Below, piece by piece: positions 30,200 through 40,199 of a stretch of 64,000 nucleotides of DNA (the first letter of the stretch is position 1; every line of letters starts with the position of its first letter). The notes beneath the pieces are model-generated. The model had not been told where the DNA came from. It made no database searches and saw only the letters and a list, made by a program, of their open reading frames with translations. The translations under genes were made by a program, and so were the position numbers. Source of the stretch: an uncultured Planctomycetota bacterium (GTDB lineage: Bacteria; Planctomycetota; UBA11346); assembly GCA_903902515.1 (NCBI GenBank), contig CAIUVD010000326.1:2350-66349 (forward strand), given 5' to 3'.

Positions 30200-30717
30200 A
30201 ACCCCACCACCGCCGCGATCGCGACGCCGTGGGTCGCCACGCCATGGAGGCGGTCGCTGAGGAAGCCGGCGGCCTCGAACCCGACGCGGGTGCCATGGAC
30301 CGGGGGTTTCCACGGCAGGGTGGCCCCGATGACACCCTTGACGGTCGGCCGGAGGGAGGCGGCAACCCAGGTCGGTTGGCGGATGCGGATCACGCTGAGA
30401 CCCGCGCCGAGGCCCGCGTAAACGCCCCCGGAAATCGGCTGGCGCTCGATGTAGGCCGCGGTCAGGGCATCGAAGCGGTCGGCCCCGGCAGCCGTCGAGC
30501 GCCAATCGATATCCCCACCCATCCTCCCGAGGATCCCCCGCTGGGGCAGGATGACCCCGCCACCCAGGTACAGGCCCTGTTCGCCGACCAGGGTGCGCAC
30601 CTGCTCGTTGCCAAAAGTCAGGCCTGCCCGCAGGGCCCAGGGGCCGGGAATCCCGCCCTCGGCGGACCACAGGAGGGCGCTGACCCCGACCAGGGCGAAC
30701 CAACGGCAGCCCTTCAT
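30196..30717 (-). CDS. Hypothetical exported protein, possible small beta-barrel
   Basis: Signal-like N-terminus, YAGLGAG strand and terminal Phe; ATGA overlap with cdaR. Confidence 0.55.
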   Translation of the reverse strand: MKGCRWFALVGVSALLWSAEGGIPGPWALRAGLTFGNEQVRTLVGEQGLYLGGGVILPQRGILGRMGGDIDWRSTAAGADRFDALTAAYIERQPISGGVYAGLGAGLSVIRIRQPTWVAASLRPTVKGVIGATLPWKPPVHGTRVGFEAAGFLSDRLHGVATHGVAIAAVVGF

Positions 30718-31694
30718 GGGGGACTCCGGGAGAGGGCGAGGGTGGCTTTGACCGGATCCGATTCCAACCACACGGGGCCGATCAGGCGCACCGGCAGTTC
30801 ATGGAGGGCATTCGGGGGCAGATCATCGGGGACCAGGAGCGCCGCCGTCAGGTCCCGCTCGGGGCGGAGATCCCGGAGGAGATTCCGCGGCCCGCGCACG
30901 GTCACGGTGACCCGGGGCTGGGCGAGTTCGATACCGGAGGTCCGCCAGAGATCTGGAGTGGCGACAATCGCCAGGGGCAGGGTCAGGATCCGGCGGTCCT
31001 GGTCCTGGGGACGAATGTGAACCTCGGCACCGACGGTCTGGAGGATGCGGTAGGAGGCTTCCTGGGGTGGGACGAGGGGAATGGCGGTGCAGCGCTCGAC
31101 CCGGGGTTCGGCCAGGTCCGGCGGGATCTGACCGAGGGTGATGTCCTGGAAGCGGACCCGGTACCCTTCGGCCCGCAGCCGTTCCAAGAGCCCCGCCGGG
31201 GCCTGCACCCGGACCATGGTCACGTCGAGCACCACCGTCGCCAACAGCCCATCGGCCAGGCCGGTGACCCGGGGCGGCTCCAGGGGCAGCAACCCCTCGG
31301 CCACCCGATCGACCTGGACCTCAATTTCCCGGACCAGCTCCGGTTCCGTGGCTTCGATGCGAATATCATTGGGCAGGCGCAGCAGGGCACTGGTCAGGGG
31401 AAAACTGATGAGGCCGGCGGCCAATTGATCCGAGCGGACCTCCAGCCGGGGCACCAGGGTATCGAACTCGACCTCGACCTGGCGGCTCATCGGCACACTG
31501 AGCCGAACCTTGAACTCCCGGGGGCGGATGTGGACCGCCTGGTAATCCGCGGTCAGGCCCTTTACGGGGGCTTCGCCCGCAGTCACCGTCACCGTTCGCT
31601 CGACCCGTACCTGACCGCTGGTGTAGACCCACAGGGCCACGGCCAGGACCCCGGCCACCAGCTTCAGTTCCCAATGGGCGGTAATCCACTTCAT
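30714..31694 (-). CDS. cdaR: YbbR/CdaR-like diadenylate cyclase regulator
   Basis: WELKLVAGVLAVALWVY anchor; VTVTVRGPR YbbR-type repeat; coupled to cdaA. Confidence 0.78.
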   Translation of the reverse strand: MKWITAHWELKLVAGVLAVALWVYTSGQVRVERTVTVTAGEAPVKGLTADYQAVHIRPREFKVRLSVPMSRQVEVEFDTLVPRLEVRSDQLAAGLISFPLTSALLRLPNDIRIEATEPELVREIEVQVDRVAEGLLPLEPPRVTGLADGLLATVVLDVTMVRVQAPAGLLERLRAEGYRVRFQDITLGQIPPDLAEPRVERCTAIPLVPPQEASYRILQTVGAEVHIRPQDQDRRILTLPLAIVATPDLWRTSGIELAQPRVTVTVRGPRNLLRDLRPERDLTAALLVPDDLPPNALHELPVRLIGPVWLESDPVKATLALSRSPP

Positions 31695-32512
31695 GACCGA
31701 GCCCCCGTGACTTCCGCCGCCAGGGCCGCCCGCCACACCCGACCAAGGAGGATCTCAACATCCTGACGGGACAGGCCACGCACCAGGGCCCCACGGTCCG
31801 CCATGCTGATGGCGCCGGTCTCCTCCGAGACCACCAAGGCCAGGGCGTCGGTGTCCTCACTGATGCCAATGGCCGCCCGATGGCGGGTGCCGGATAGGCC
31901 CTTGAACTCGGTGTTGGACGTCAGGGGCAGGATCACCCCGGCGCCGGCAATACGGCCCCGGCGGATGATCACCGCGCCATCGTGGAGGGGCGCGTCCTTC
32001 CAGAAGAGGCTGGTCAGGACCTTGGCGGTCATCTGGCAATCCAGCGGGCTTGAGGCGATGTAATGATCAAGGCGATCGGTGCGTTCGATGACGATCAGGG
32101 CCCCGATCCGGCGCGAAGCCAGGTGGGTAATGGCCTCGACCAGTTCCTGCACCGCCTCGGCCTGGGCGTAGGGCGCATCGGCGGTCGGGATGATGCCGCC
32201 TAAACGGCTAAACAGGCGGCGCAGTTCCGGCTGGAAGACCACCACCATGACCAACGCCATGAAACCGATGGAGGCCTGGAGGAGCCAGGAAATGGCGTGC
32301 AACTGCAGGAGCCGGGCCCCCATCCAGGCCCCGACCACCAGGGCCAGGATCAGGCTGATGCCCTTGATCTTGCCGCCCGCCGAAATGCGTTCGAGGGCCC
32401 GCAGCAGATGATAGATGACGATCGCCAGGATCGACAATTCGACCAGGTTCCGGAGGTACCAGGTGAGGTCCGTCAGGACCGTCGCTTCCAGGCTGGTCAG
32501 CCATCCCGGCAT
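31691..32512 (-). CDS. cdaA: Diadenylate cyclase CdaA
   Basis: Three TM helices; VFQPELRR, GALIVIER, LHDGAV, GTRHRAAIG and VSEETG. Confidence 0.93.
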   Translation of the reverse strand: MPGWLTSLEATVLTDLTWYLRNLVELSILAIVIYHLLRALERISAGGKIKGISLILALVVGAWMGARLLQLHAISWLLQASIGFMALVMVVVFQPELRRLFSRLGGIIPTADAPYAQAEAVQELVEAITHLASRRIGALIVIERTDRLDHYIASSPLDCQMTAKVLTSLFWKDAPLHDGAVIIRRGRIAGAGVILPLTSNTEFKGLSGTRHRAAIGISEDTDALALVVSEETGAISMADRGALVRGLSRQDVEILLGRVWRAALAAEVTGARS

Positions 32513-33306
32513 TACGTCCGCCTTTCCTCCACGCCGGCCTGGCGTAGGGCGGCCATGGTGCCGCGCACATCATGGACACGCAACAGGGCGCAGGCCGGGG
32601 CCAGCAGGGCATGCAGGACGTGTCCCAGGGCGTCTGGGGCCGGATAGCTCGTGCCGCCGAGGGTGGCCAGGAACCGCTTACGGCTGATACCGAGGAGGAT
32701 CGGCAGGCCCACGGCTTCACGAAGGCGGGGCAGGGCCGCCAGCAGCGCCAGGTTATGGGGGACCTGCTTGCCAAAGCCGATGCCGGGGTCGATCAGCAGC
32801 CGGGAACGGGGAATGCCTGCCGCCTCGGCCCGGGCCACCCGGACCCGCAGGTGGGCGATCACCTCGGCCACCACATCGTCGTAGGCCGGGGCCACCTGCA
32901 TGGTGGCGGAGGTGCCCTGGCGGTGCATCAGGACCAGGAAGGCTCCGGCTTCGGCGGTGGCGGCCAGAAGATCCGGATCGTCGCCAGCGCTGACGTCGTT
33001 GACCATGGTGGCCCCAGCCCCCAGGGCAGCCCGGGCCACGGCGCCTTTCATGGTGTCCACGCTCAGGCCCGCCAGACAGCCCGCCGCCCGCAGCCCGGCG
33101 ATCACCGGCACCACGCGCCGGATTTCCTCGTCCACCGAGACGGCTAGGGCCCCCGGGCGGGTGCTTTCTCCGCCAATATCAATCCAGGCCGCCCCTTCGC
33201 TGGCCATCGCCAAACCGGCGGCCACGGCGGCCTCCACACTGGCCAAGCGACCGCCATCACTGAAGGAATCCGGCGTGACGTTGAGGATGCCCATGACCTC
33301 CGTCAT
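32512..33306 (-). CDS. folP: Dihydropteroate synthase
   Basis: MGILNVTPDSFSDGG, IGGESTRPG, DPGIGFGK, SRKRF and LRVHDV. Confidence 0.96.
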   Translation of the reverse strand: MTEVMGILNVTPDSFSDGGRLASVEAAVAAGLAMASEGAAWIDIGGESTRPGALAVSVDEEIRRVVPVIAGLRAAGCLAGLSVDTMKGAVARAALGAGATMVNDVSAGDDPDLLAATAEAGAFLVLMHRQGTSATMQVAPAYDDVVAEVIAHLRVRVARAEAAGIPRSRLLIDPGIGFGKQVPHNLALLAALPRLREAVGLPILLGISRKRFLATLGGTSYPAPDALGHVLHALLAPACALLRVHDVRGTMAALRQAGVEERRT

Positions 33307-33314
33307 GGTGAGAC

Positions 33315-33962
33315 TCAGTACTTCGCCTGCTGCCAGCAGACCGCGCCACCGCTGCCGTCTTCGTCAACGAACACGAAGACCACGCCGCCATCACCGAGTT
33401 TCAGGTCCAGCAGGTCGGAGCTGAGACGATGATGAAAACGCAGGGGCCGCTTGACCAAATCCTCGATATCCACCGGGGCATTGGCCCACAGGGGCCAGCC
33501 GCCGACCTTCGAGCAGTCGCAGCCCAGGTCGTCCACCAGGTCGACCCAGGCGTCACTGGCCGCCACATCCAGGCCCGTGGGATCGACGTCGAGATCCACC
33601 GGCTCCTCGATTGGTTCGCCATAGGCGACCTTCAAACCCTTCCAATCCCCGGGGCAAACCCCATGGATCACCGAGAGGTGAACTTCGCTTTTTGGCGCGA
33701 TAATGACGGCGTTGTCGCCCTTGTGGGGCAGATAATCGAACGTCTCGACGGGATCCGAGCGATCGAGGAAGGTCAGGACCATCAGGTCACTGTCCTCGGC
33801 CAGGGGCAGGGCGCTCACCAGGGCCATGGTCTTGCCCGTGCGCTTGCCCTTGGGGTGCGGGATGCCGCGCTTCACGTGCCCACCCAGCTGCCCGACCGAG
33901 AGCAGGGGATTGGGCGCGCGTACCAAGGGACGACTCACGCGGACATCGGATTTTTTCGGCAT
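33315..33962 (-). CDS. Hypothetical protein, YwqG/DUF1963-like C-terminus
   Basis: SKVGGWP...LGDGGVVFVF...WQ resembles the DUF1963 C-terminal signature. Confidence 0.55.
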   Translation of the reverse strand: MPKKSDVRVSRPLVRAPNPLLSVGQLGGHVKRGIPHPKGKRTGKTMALVSALPLAEDSDLMVLTFLDRSDPVETFDYLPHKGDNAVIIAPKSEVHLSVIHGVCPGDWKGLKVAYGEPIEEPVDLDVDPTGLDVAASDAWVDLVDDLGCDCSKVGGWPLWANAPVDIEDLVKRPLRFHHRLSSDLLDLKLGDGGVVFVFVDEDGSGGAVCWQQAKY

Positions 33963-34149
33963 TTTTCGCTCCTGCTCCCGCTGCGGGGGTGGCGCATCCT
34001 GGTGCATCGGCGCAGGTGGCAACCACAGATCCTGCAAAATGCCGCAAGAATGGTGTTGCGAAGTATGGTAAAGTCTTCTAGGTTCGACCTATCAGCGCGA
34101 GAGCGATCGCCCGCGTCCCACAGATCACCCTCCTCATCAGGAGAATCCC

Positions 34150-34449
34150 ATGGCTAAAGCCAAGACCACCGCTCCCAAGGCCGCCGCTCCCAAGGCTGCT
34201 GCTCCCAAGGCCGCCGCCCCCAAGGCTGCTGCTCCCAAGGCCGTCGCCCCCAAGAAGGTCGTCGCCAAGAAGGCCGCCGCCCCCAAGGCTGCTGCTCCCA
34301 AGGCCGCCGCCCCCAAGAAGGCCGCCGCTCCCAAGGTTGCTGCCCCCAAGGCCGCCGCCCCCAAGAAGGTCGTCGCCAAGAAGGCCGCTGCTCCCAAGGC
34401 TGCTGCCCCCAAGAAGGCCGCTGCTCCCAAGAAGCCCGCCGCGAAGTAA
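34150..34449 (+). CDS. Histone H1-like Lys/Ala/Pro-rich protein
   Basis: AGGAGA ribosome-binding site; 99 aa made almost wholly of KAAAP repeats; followed by a terminator. Confidence 0.85.
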   Translation: MAKAKTTAPKAAAPKAAAPKAAAPKAAAPKAVAPKKVVAKKAAAPKAAAPKAAAPKKAAAPKVAAPKAAAPKKVVAKKAAAPKAAAPKKAAAPKKPAAK

Positions 34450-34464
34450 TTCATTTTTTTCACG

Positions 34465-34507
34465 ACACCCTGGGGAAGCCGAAGCGGCCCCCAGGGTGTT
34501 TCGTTTT
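34465..34507 (+). terminator. Rho-independent terminator
   Basis: acaccctgggg...ccccagggtgt stem followed by ttcgtttt. Confidence 0.75.
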
Positions 34508-34520
34508 ACGGGGAAATCCG

Positions 34521-35003
34521 ATGTTTGACGACCTCACCCACCTCGATGCCCAGGGCCAGGCCCGGATGGTCGATGTCACGGGCAAGATGCCTACCTCCCG
34601 CTCGGCCACCGCCCGCAGCGTGATCGAACTGCCGCCCCCGGCGGTGGCCGTCCTCGCCCGGGGCGGAGATACCCGCAAGGGCAATGTCCTGCAGGTGGCG
34701 CGGATCGCCGGCATCCAGGCGGCCAAGCGCACCGCCGACCTCATCCCCCTCTGCCATCCCCTGGCCCTGGCGGGCATCGACCTCGATCTGACGTTGGAGG
34801 GCGACCGCCTGGTGATCACCGCCACCGTCCGCTGCACCGGGCCCACGGGCGTCGAGATGGAAGCCCTGACGGCGGTGAGCGTCGCAGCCCTGACGGTCTA
34901 TGACATGCTCAAGGCCGTGAGCCACGACCTGGTCATCAGCCGCACGGAATTGGTCAATAAATACGGGGGAAAATCCGGGGCGATCGAACGCCCGCTCAGC
35001 TAA
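34521..35003 (+). CDS. moaC: Cyclic pyranopterin monophosphate synthase
   Basis: THLD..GQARMVDV, LIPLCHP, TGVEMEALT, YDMLKAV and K.GGKSG. Confidence 0.96.
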   Translation: MFDDLTHLDAQGQARMVDVTGKMPTSRSATARSVIELPPPAVAVLARGGDTRKGNVLQVARIAGIQAAKRTADLIPLCHPLALAGIDLDLTLEGDRLVITATVRCTGPTGVEMEALTAVSVAALTVYDMLKAVSHDLVISRTELVNKYGGKSGAIERPLS

Positions 35004-35004
35004 G

Positions 35005-37050
35005 TCAGCGCCGTTTTCCCCGGGTCCGCTTGGGTTGGCGGGGCTTGTCGGTGGTCACGCCATGGTCCGCCGCCTGGCCCGTCGCTTCGATGGCCTTGAT
35101 CACATCCCGCAGGCGGGCGGCTTCCTCGAAGCGCAGATTTTCCGCAGCGTCGATCATCAGGCGGGTGAGTTCCGGAAGGTCGGCAGGCGTCCGCACCACA
35201 CCATCGGCCCGATAGGAGCCACCCGCCTCGGCCACCTTGCGGGCCGTCAGGTGTTCGCTGAAAGAACCACCGAGGTCGCCTTGCTTATGGGCCGAGCGCG
35301 GCGTGATGCCGTTGGCCTCGTTGAAGGCCACCTGCTTCTCTCGGCGGCGGTTGGTTTCCTGGATGGCCGCCGTCATCGCCGGGCTGGAACCGTCGGCGTA
35401 GAGGATGACCTCGCCGGAAATATGGCGGGCCGCCCGGCCAATGGTCTGGATGAGGGAAGTCTGGCTGCGCAGGAACCCCTGCTTGTCGGCGTCGAAGATG
35501 CAGACCAAGGATACTTCCGGCAGGTCGAGGCCCTCGCGCAGGAGGTTGACGCCCACCAGGCAATCGGATTCGCCCGCCCGCAGACCCCGCAGCACGTCCA
35601 CACGCTCCAGGGCGTCGATGTCGCTGTGCAGCCAGGTGGTGCGGACCCCGGCCTCCGTCAGGTATTCCGCCAGGTCCTCGGCCAAACGCTTGGTAATGGT
35701 CGTGACCAGGGTCCGCTCGCCCCGGGCGACCCGGACTTTGACCCGGGTGATGAGATCCTCGACCTGACCCGAGGTCGGACGGATGGTGATCACCGGATCC
35801 ACCAGGCCGGTGGGACGGATCAGCTGTTCGGCCCGGAAGACCTCAGTCTTGGCCTCGTACTCCGAGGGCGTGGCGCTGACGAACAGCAGTTGGGGCGTCA
35901 ATTGCTCCCACTCGCTGAAGCGCAGGGGGCGGTTGTCGAGGGCGCTGGGCAGGCGGAAGCCGTGGCCGACCAGGGTCTCCTTCCGCGAGCGGTCGCCGGC
36001 GTACATGCCGCCGATCTGGGGCACGGTGACGTGGCTTTCATCGACCACGCACAGGAAGTCCGGGGGAAAGAAGTCGTAGAGACAGTAGGGCCGTTCACCG
36101 GGTTTGCGGCCCGTCAGGTGGCGGGCGTAATTCTCGATGCCGGAGCAGTAGCCGACCTCGGCCATCATTTCCAGGTCGTGGGTGGTGCGGGCCAGCAGGC
36201 GCTGGGCCTCCACCAGGGCGCCCTGCTGCATCAATTCCCGGTGGCGCTGGTCCAGCTCGTCCTTGATGCCCCCGATGGCGGCATCGACGGTCGCCTCATG
36301 GACCACGAAGTGCTTGGCCGGATAGACATTCAATTTCTCGTGCCGACCCAGAATTTCGCCCGTGAGGGTGTTGACGGTGGCAATCTCCTCGACCTCGTCG
36401 CCGAAGAACGACACCCGGATCGCTTGGTCATCGTAGGCGGGCCAGATTTCGACCACATCCCCGCGCACCCGGAAGCGGCCGCGCTGGAAACCGAGGTCGC
36501 CCCGGGAGTATTGAATGTTGACCAGAGCCGACAGGAAATCGTCCCGGGCCAGGGGTTGGCCGACCGCCACCGGCACCGTTAGGTCCTGATAGGCCCCCGG
36601 GGAACCGAGGCCGTAGATGCTCGACACCGAGGCGACGATGATGACGTCCTTGCGCGACAGAAGACTGCGGGTCGCCGACAACCGCAATTTGTCGATCTCC
36701 TCATTGATCGCCGACTCTTTTTCGATGTAGAGGTCCTTGCCGGGGACGTAGGCCTCGGGCTGATAATAGTCGTAGTAGGAGACGAAATATTCGACCGCAT
36801 TGTCCGGGAAGAAGCCCTTGAACTCGGCGTACAACTGGGCCGCCAGGGTCTTGTTGTGGGACAGGATCAGGGTCGGCTTCTGCAGCCGCTGGATCACATT
36901 GGCGACGGTGAAGGTCTTGCCGCTGCCCGTGACCCCCAGGAGGGTCGCCGCCTTGGCCCCAGCCGACAAGCCGTTGACCAGGGTCTCAATGGCCGTGGGC
37001 TGATCGCCCGTGGGTTGGTAGGGGGCAACAAGACGGAACAGGTCGGACAT
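35005..37050 (-). CDS. uvrB: Excinuclease ABC subunit B
   Basis: PTGDQP, GVTGSGKT, YFVSYYDYYQPEAY, DESHV and NLLREGLDLPEV; C-terminal UVR domain. Confidence 0.97.
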   Translation of the reverse strand: MSDLFRLVAPYQPTGDQPTAIETLVNGLSAGAKAATLLGVTGSGKTFTVANVIQRLQKPTLILSHNKTLAAQLYAEFKGFFPDNAVEYFVSYYDYYQPEAYVPGKDLYIEKESAINEEIDKLRLSATRSLLSRKDVIIVASVSSIYGLGSPGAYQDLTVPVAVGQPLARDDFLSALVNIQYSRGDLGFQRGRFRVRGDVVEIWPAYDDQAIRVSFFGDEVEEIATVNTLTGEILGRHEKLNVYPAKHFVVHEATVDAAIGGIKDELDQRHRELMQQGALVEAQRLLARTTHDLEMMAEVGYCSGIENYARHLTGRKPGERPYCLYDFFPPDFLCVVDESHVTVPQIGGMYAGDRSRKETLVGHGFRLPSALDNRPLRFSEWEQLTPQLLFVSATPSEYEAKTEVFRAEQLIRPTGLVDPVITIRPTSGQVEDLITRVKVRVARGERTLVTTITKRLAEDLAEYLTEAGVRTTWLHSDIDALERVDVLRGLRAGESDCLVGVNLLREGLDLPEVSLVCIFDADKQGFLRSQTSLIQTIGRAARHISGEVILYADGSSPAMTAAIQETNRRREKQVAFNEANGITPRSAHKQGDLGGSFSEHLTARKVAEAGGSYRADGVVRTPADLPELTRLMIDAAENLRFEEAARLRDVIKAIEATGQAADHGVTTDKPRQPKRTRGKRR

Positions 37051-37089
37051 GGGAGTGGAGGTTACCTCCAACGCCGGAAAGGCAGCCCG

Positions 37090-37461
37090 TCAGCGGGCCC
37101 GGCGGGCGAGGATGAACGAGCGCACCGCCAGACCGATAAACACCGCGCACACCACCGCGGTCAGCCCCTGGGCAATGGCCGCCGCGGGACGTTCCGGAGC
37201 GACCCCGGCGATCCCCCAATTCACGAGACGGAACAGACCGCCGACGGTCCCGAACACCGCCAGGAGGGCCACGCTGACAATCACGTGCATGACGTGCTTC
37301 CGGCTGCCAGGCCACGTCCGGGCCACGACCCCCGCCAAGACAAAGAGCAGACCAAAGGCGGCCGGGATCAGGGCCGTGAGGTGAGTCTGGCCGGTGGCGA
37401 GGTAGCCACCGACGCCGATCAGGGCCAGCAGGACACCCGTAAGCATAGTGATGATGGGCAT
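37090..37461 (-). CDS. Small four-TM membrane protein (TMEM14-like)
   Basis: Four hydrophobic helices; TALIPA and SFILARRAR motifs. Confidence 0.75.
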   Translation of the reverse strand: MPIITMLTGVLLALIGVGGYLATGQTHLTALIPAAFGLLFVLAGVVARTWPGSRKHVMHVIVSVALLAVFGTVGGLFRLVNWGIAGVAPERPAAAIAQGLTAVVCAVFIGLAVRSFILARRAR

Positions 37462-37602
37462 AGCGGACTACCGTGTCGGTTGGACTCCTGGGGGAAGTGC
37501 GGGGAATCGTCCACGGCCACCGGCAGGTTGCCCAGATCCTCATGGATTCCCCCCCATACCTTCAACAATCGGCCCACACTCCGCCGTCCCCAAGGAACTC
37601 CC

Positions 37603-38724
37603 ATGACGCATTCGGCTGCCCCCAGGGCCCCCACCGTGCGTACGGTGGCCAAAATCCGATTCGCCAAGGATGACGGTTTCCATGCCGCCCTGCGACAGCG
37701 GGTGGAGGCGCATTTCCAGGCCCATCCTGGCCGCCACGGCGGCTGGACCCTGGGCCTTAAGACGGCCCTGATTCTGATCGCCCTCGCGGGAGCCTACGGG
37801 TTCCTGGTCTGGGGTGACATCAATGTCCTGCAGGCCGTGGCCCTGGCGATGGCCATTGGCCTGCTTTCCGCCCTGGTCGGCTTCAATATTCAGCACGATG
37901 GTGGTCATCAGGCCTTCAGCGCCGTACCCTGGCGCAACCGCCTGGCAGCGGCGACCCTCGATGTCGCCGGGGCCAGCTCCTATGTCTGGAACTGGAAACA
38001 CGCCGTCTACCACCATGGGTTTCCCAACCTCTCGGGCCATGATACGGACATCGACGTCAGCAATCTGGTGCGCCTCGAACCCCACCAGCCCCTGCGGGCC
38101 CACCATCGGTGGCAGTTTCTCTACATTTGGTTCCTGTACGGCATTATGGCCATGCGGTGGCAGATTCTGGACGATTTCAGGGACGTAGCCAAGGGACGCA
38201 TCGGCCCCCACCGCATTCCCCAACCCAAGGGGCTGGAAGTGCTGATCCTCTACGGGGGAAAGGCGATTTTTTTTGCCCTCGCCTTCGGCATTCCGATGTG
38301 GTTCCACCCCCCCCTCCAGGTCCTGGGCCTTTACGCTGTGATGGCGGCCACCCTCGGGGTTTTTCTCAGCGTGGTGTTCCAGTTAGCCCACAATACCGGC
38401 CTGTGCGAGTTCCCGGCCCCACCGGAACCCGGGGGCCGGATGGCCCATTCTTGGGCCGTCCACCAGGTCCAGACCAGCGCCGATTTTGCCCGGGACAGCC
38501 GCCTGGCGACGTGGTTTCTCGGCGGGCTCAATTTCCAGATCGAGCACCACCTGTTTCCCCATGTCAGCCATGTGCATTACCCGGCCCTCTCCCGGATTGT
38601 GGAGGAGACCTGTCGGGATCATGGCATCGCCTACCGAGACCACGGATCCTTCCTCCAGGGCTTCATGGCCCATGTGCGCTGGCTGCGGGATCTCGGACGG
38701 CCCGCACCTCAACCGGCGTCGTAG
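37603..38724 (+). CDS. Membrane fatty acid (acyl-CoA) desaturase
   Basis: Three His boxes: HDGGH, HAVYHH and QIEHHLFP. Confidence 0.92.
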   Translation: MTHSAAPRAPTVRTVAKIRFAKDDGFHAALRQRVEAHFQAHPGRHGGWTLGLKTALILIALAGAYGFLVWGDINVLQAVALAMAIGLLSALVGFNIQHDGGHQAFSAVPWRNRLAAATLDVAGASSYVWNWKHAVYHHGFPNLSGHDTDIDVSNLVRLEPHQPLRAHHRWQFLYIWFLYGIMAMRWQILDDFRDVAKGRIGPHRIPQPKGLEVLILYGGKAIFFALAFGIPMWFHPPLQVLGLYAVMAATLGVFLSVVFQLAHNTGLCEFPAPPEPGGRMAHSWAVHQVQTSADFARDSRLATWFLGGLNFQIEHHLFPHVSHVHYPALSRIVEETCRDHGIAYRDHGSFLQGFMAHVRWLRDLGRPAPQPAS

Positions 38725-40079
38725 GTCGTTTCCGGTTCGTTCAGCCGCTGCCGTCGGGCGCCTTCGACCACCGCCGTCAGCCACCCATCGGGGAGGCGGG
38801 CCTCGATGACGGTTCCCGGGGGGGCGTCGGCGAGGCTTCGCACCAGGATTCTCCCCGGGGTCCGAACCACGCTGTAGCCCCGGGCGATGACTCCCAGGGG
38901 ACTGAGGGCGTCCAGGCGGGCCGCTGTGCTGGCCAGGCGCTCCCCCTGACGTTCCTGCCGCCGGGTGACGCTCCGCTGCAGGCGTTGAATGGTCGTCGCC
39001 AGGCGAACCCGAGATGCCATCACCACCGGACGCGGTGAAGCCCCCCGCAGGCGCGAACCGAGCAGGGTCTGGCGATGGCGAACCTGGCGCAGCCGACCGT
39101 CCACGGCGTCCTCTAGGCGGGCCGCCAATTCGTCCAGACGCTGCTGCCGCAGGTGGACCTGGTAGGCCGGACCGGCCAGGGCCCGGTGACTGGCCAGGGC
39201 CTCCAGGCGCTCCCGCAGGTCGGCTATCTGGCGCTCCATGGCGTGGTCGAGGTCCTGACGCAGGTCCGCCACCTGATCCCGCAGGTCCTGTTCCACCGGC
39301 ACCACCAGTTCGGCGGCGGCGGTCGGGGTTTTGGCCCGCACATCAGCGGCGAAATCCGCCAGGGTGGTGTCGGTTTCATGGCCAACCGCCGACACGATCG
39401 GCACCCGACAGGCGGCAATGGCCCGGACCACCGGCTCCTCGTTAAAGGCCCACAGGTCCTCCAGGCTGCCGCCACCGCGACCACAGATGATGACCTCGAC
39501 CCGGGGATCCCGGGCCAGACGCCCAAGGGCCGCCACGATGCTGGCGGCGGCCGACGGGCCTTGCACCAGGCACGGAGCATGGACCACGACCATGGACGGG
39601 AAACGTTCCCGCAGGGAGTGCAGCATGTCCGCCAGGGCGGCACTGCCGCTGGCGGTGGCGATACCGACGGCCCGGGGCAAGAAGGGCAGCTCGCGCTTGC
39701 GGTCCTCGTCAAACAAGCCCTCGGCCGCCAGGCGGGCCTTGAGGGCCTCAAAGCGAGCCGCCAGGTCGCCCGCACCCACGGTTTCGATGCGGGTCGCGGT
39801 CAGTTGGTACTGCCCCCGGGGTCCATACACGGACAACGTACCCCGGACCACCACCTGGGCCCCCTCCTTGGGAATCGGCCCCTGACGGACCACCGTCGAG
39901 CGCCACATCACCAGACTGACGATCGCCTCGGCATCCTTCAGCGTTGCGTAAAGGTGCCCACTGGGGGCGACCTTCACCATCGACAATTCGCCCTGGACGC
40001 TCAGGGTCCCCAGGTCCGTCAAACTGGCCGCGATGCGCTGGGTCAGGGCGGCGACGGTCAGGGGGCGCGGCGTCGTCAT
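38709..40079 (-). CDS. xseA: Exodeoxyribonuclease VII large subunit
   Basis: SGHLYATLKD, RGGGSLEDLWAFN, AVGHETD, TPTAAAE and LSPL....RGYS. Confidence 0.96.
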   Translation of the reverse strand: MTTPRPLTVAALTQRIAASLTDLGTLSVQGELSMVKVAPSGHLYATLKDAEAIVSLVMWRSTVVRQGPIPKEGAQVVVRGTLSVYGPRGQYQLTATRIETVGAGDLAARFEALKARLAAEGLFDEDRKRELPFLPRAVGIATASGSAALADMLHSLRERFPSMVVVHAPCLVQGPSAAASIVAALGRLARDPRVEVIICGRGGGSLEDLWAFNEEPVVRAIAACRVPIVSAVGHETDTTLADFAADVRAKTPTAAAELVVPVEQDLRDQVADLRQDLDHAMERQIADLRERLEALASHRALAGPAYQVHLRQQRLDELAARLEDAVDGRLRQVRHRQTLLGSRLRGASPRPVVMASRVRLATTIQRLQRSVTRRQERQGERLASTAARLDALSPLGVIARGYSVVRTPGRILVRSLADAPPGTVIEARLPDGWLTAVVEGARRQRLNEPETTYDAG

Positions 40080-40102
40080 GGGTAGCAGATCACGAAACCC
40101 TG

Positions 40103-40148
40103 AAAAAAGACAAGGGCCGGCGATCCCCCTGAGAATCGCCGGCCCTTG
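40103..40148 (-). terminator. Rho-independent terminator of the porin gene
   Basis: caagggccggcgat / atcgccggcccttg 14-bp stem; minus-strand U-tract (aaaaaa at 40103-40108). Confidence 0.85.
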
Positions 40149-40199
40149 GCCCCCGTCCTACGGGAAGAACATGTTGTGGTCAGATCCCGAAGGATCGGA

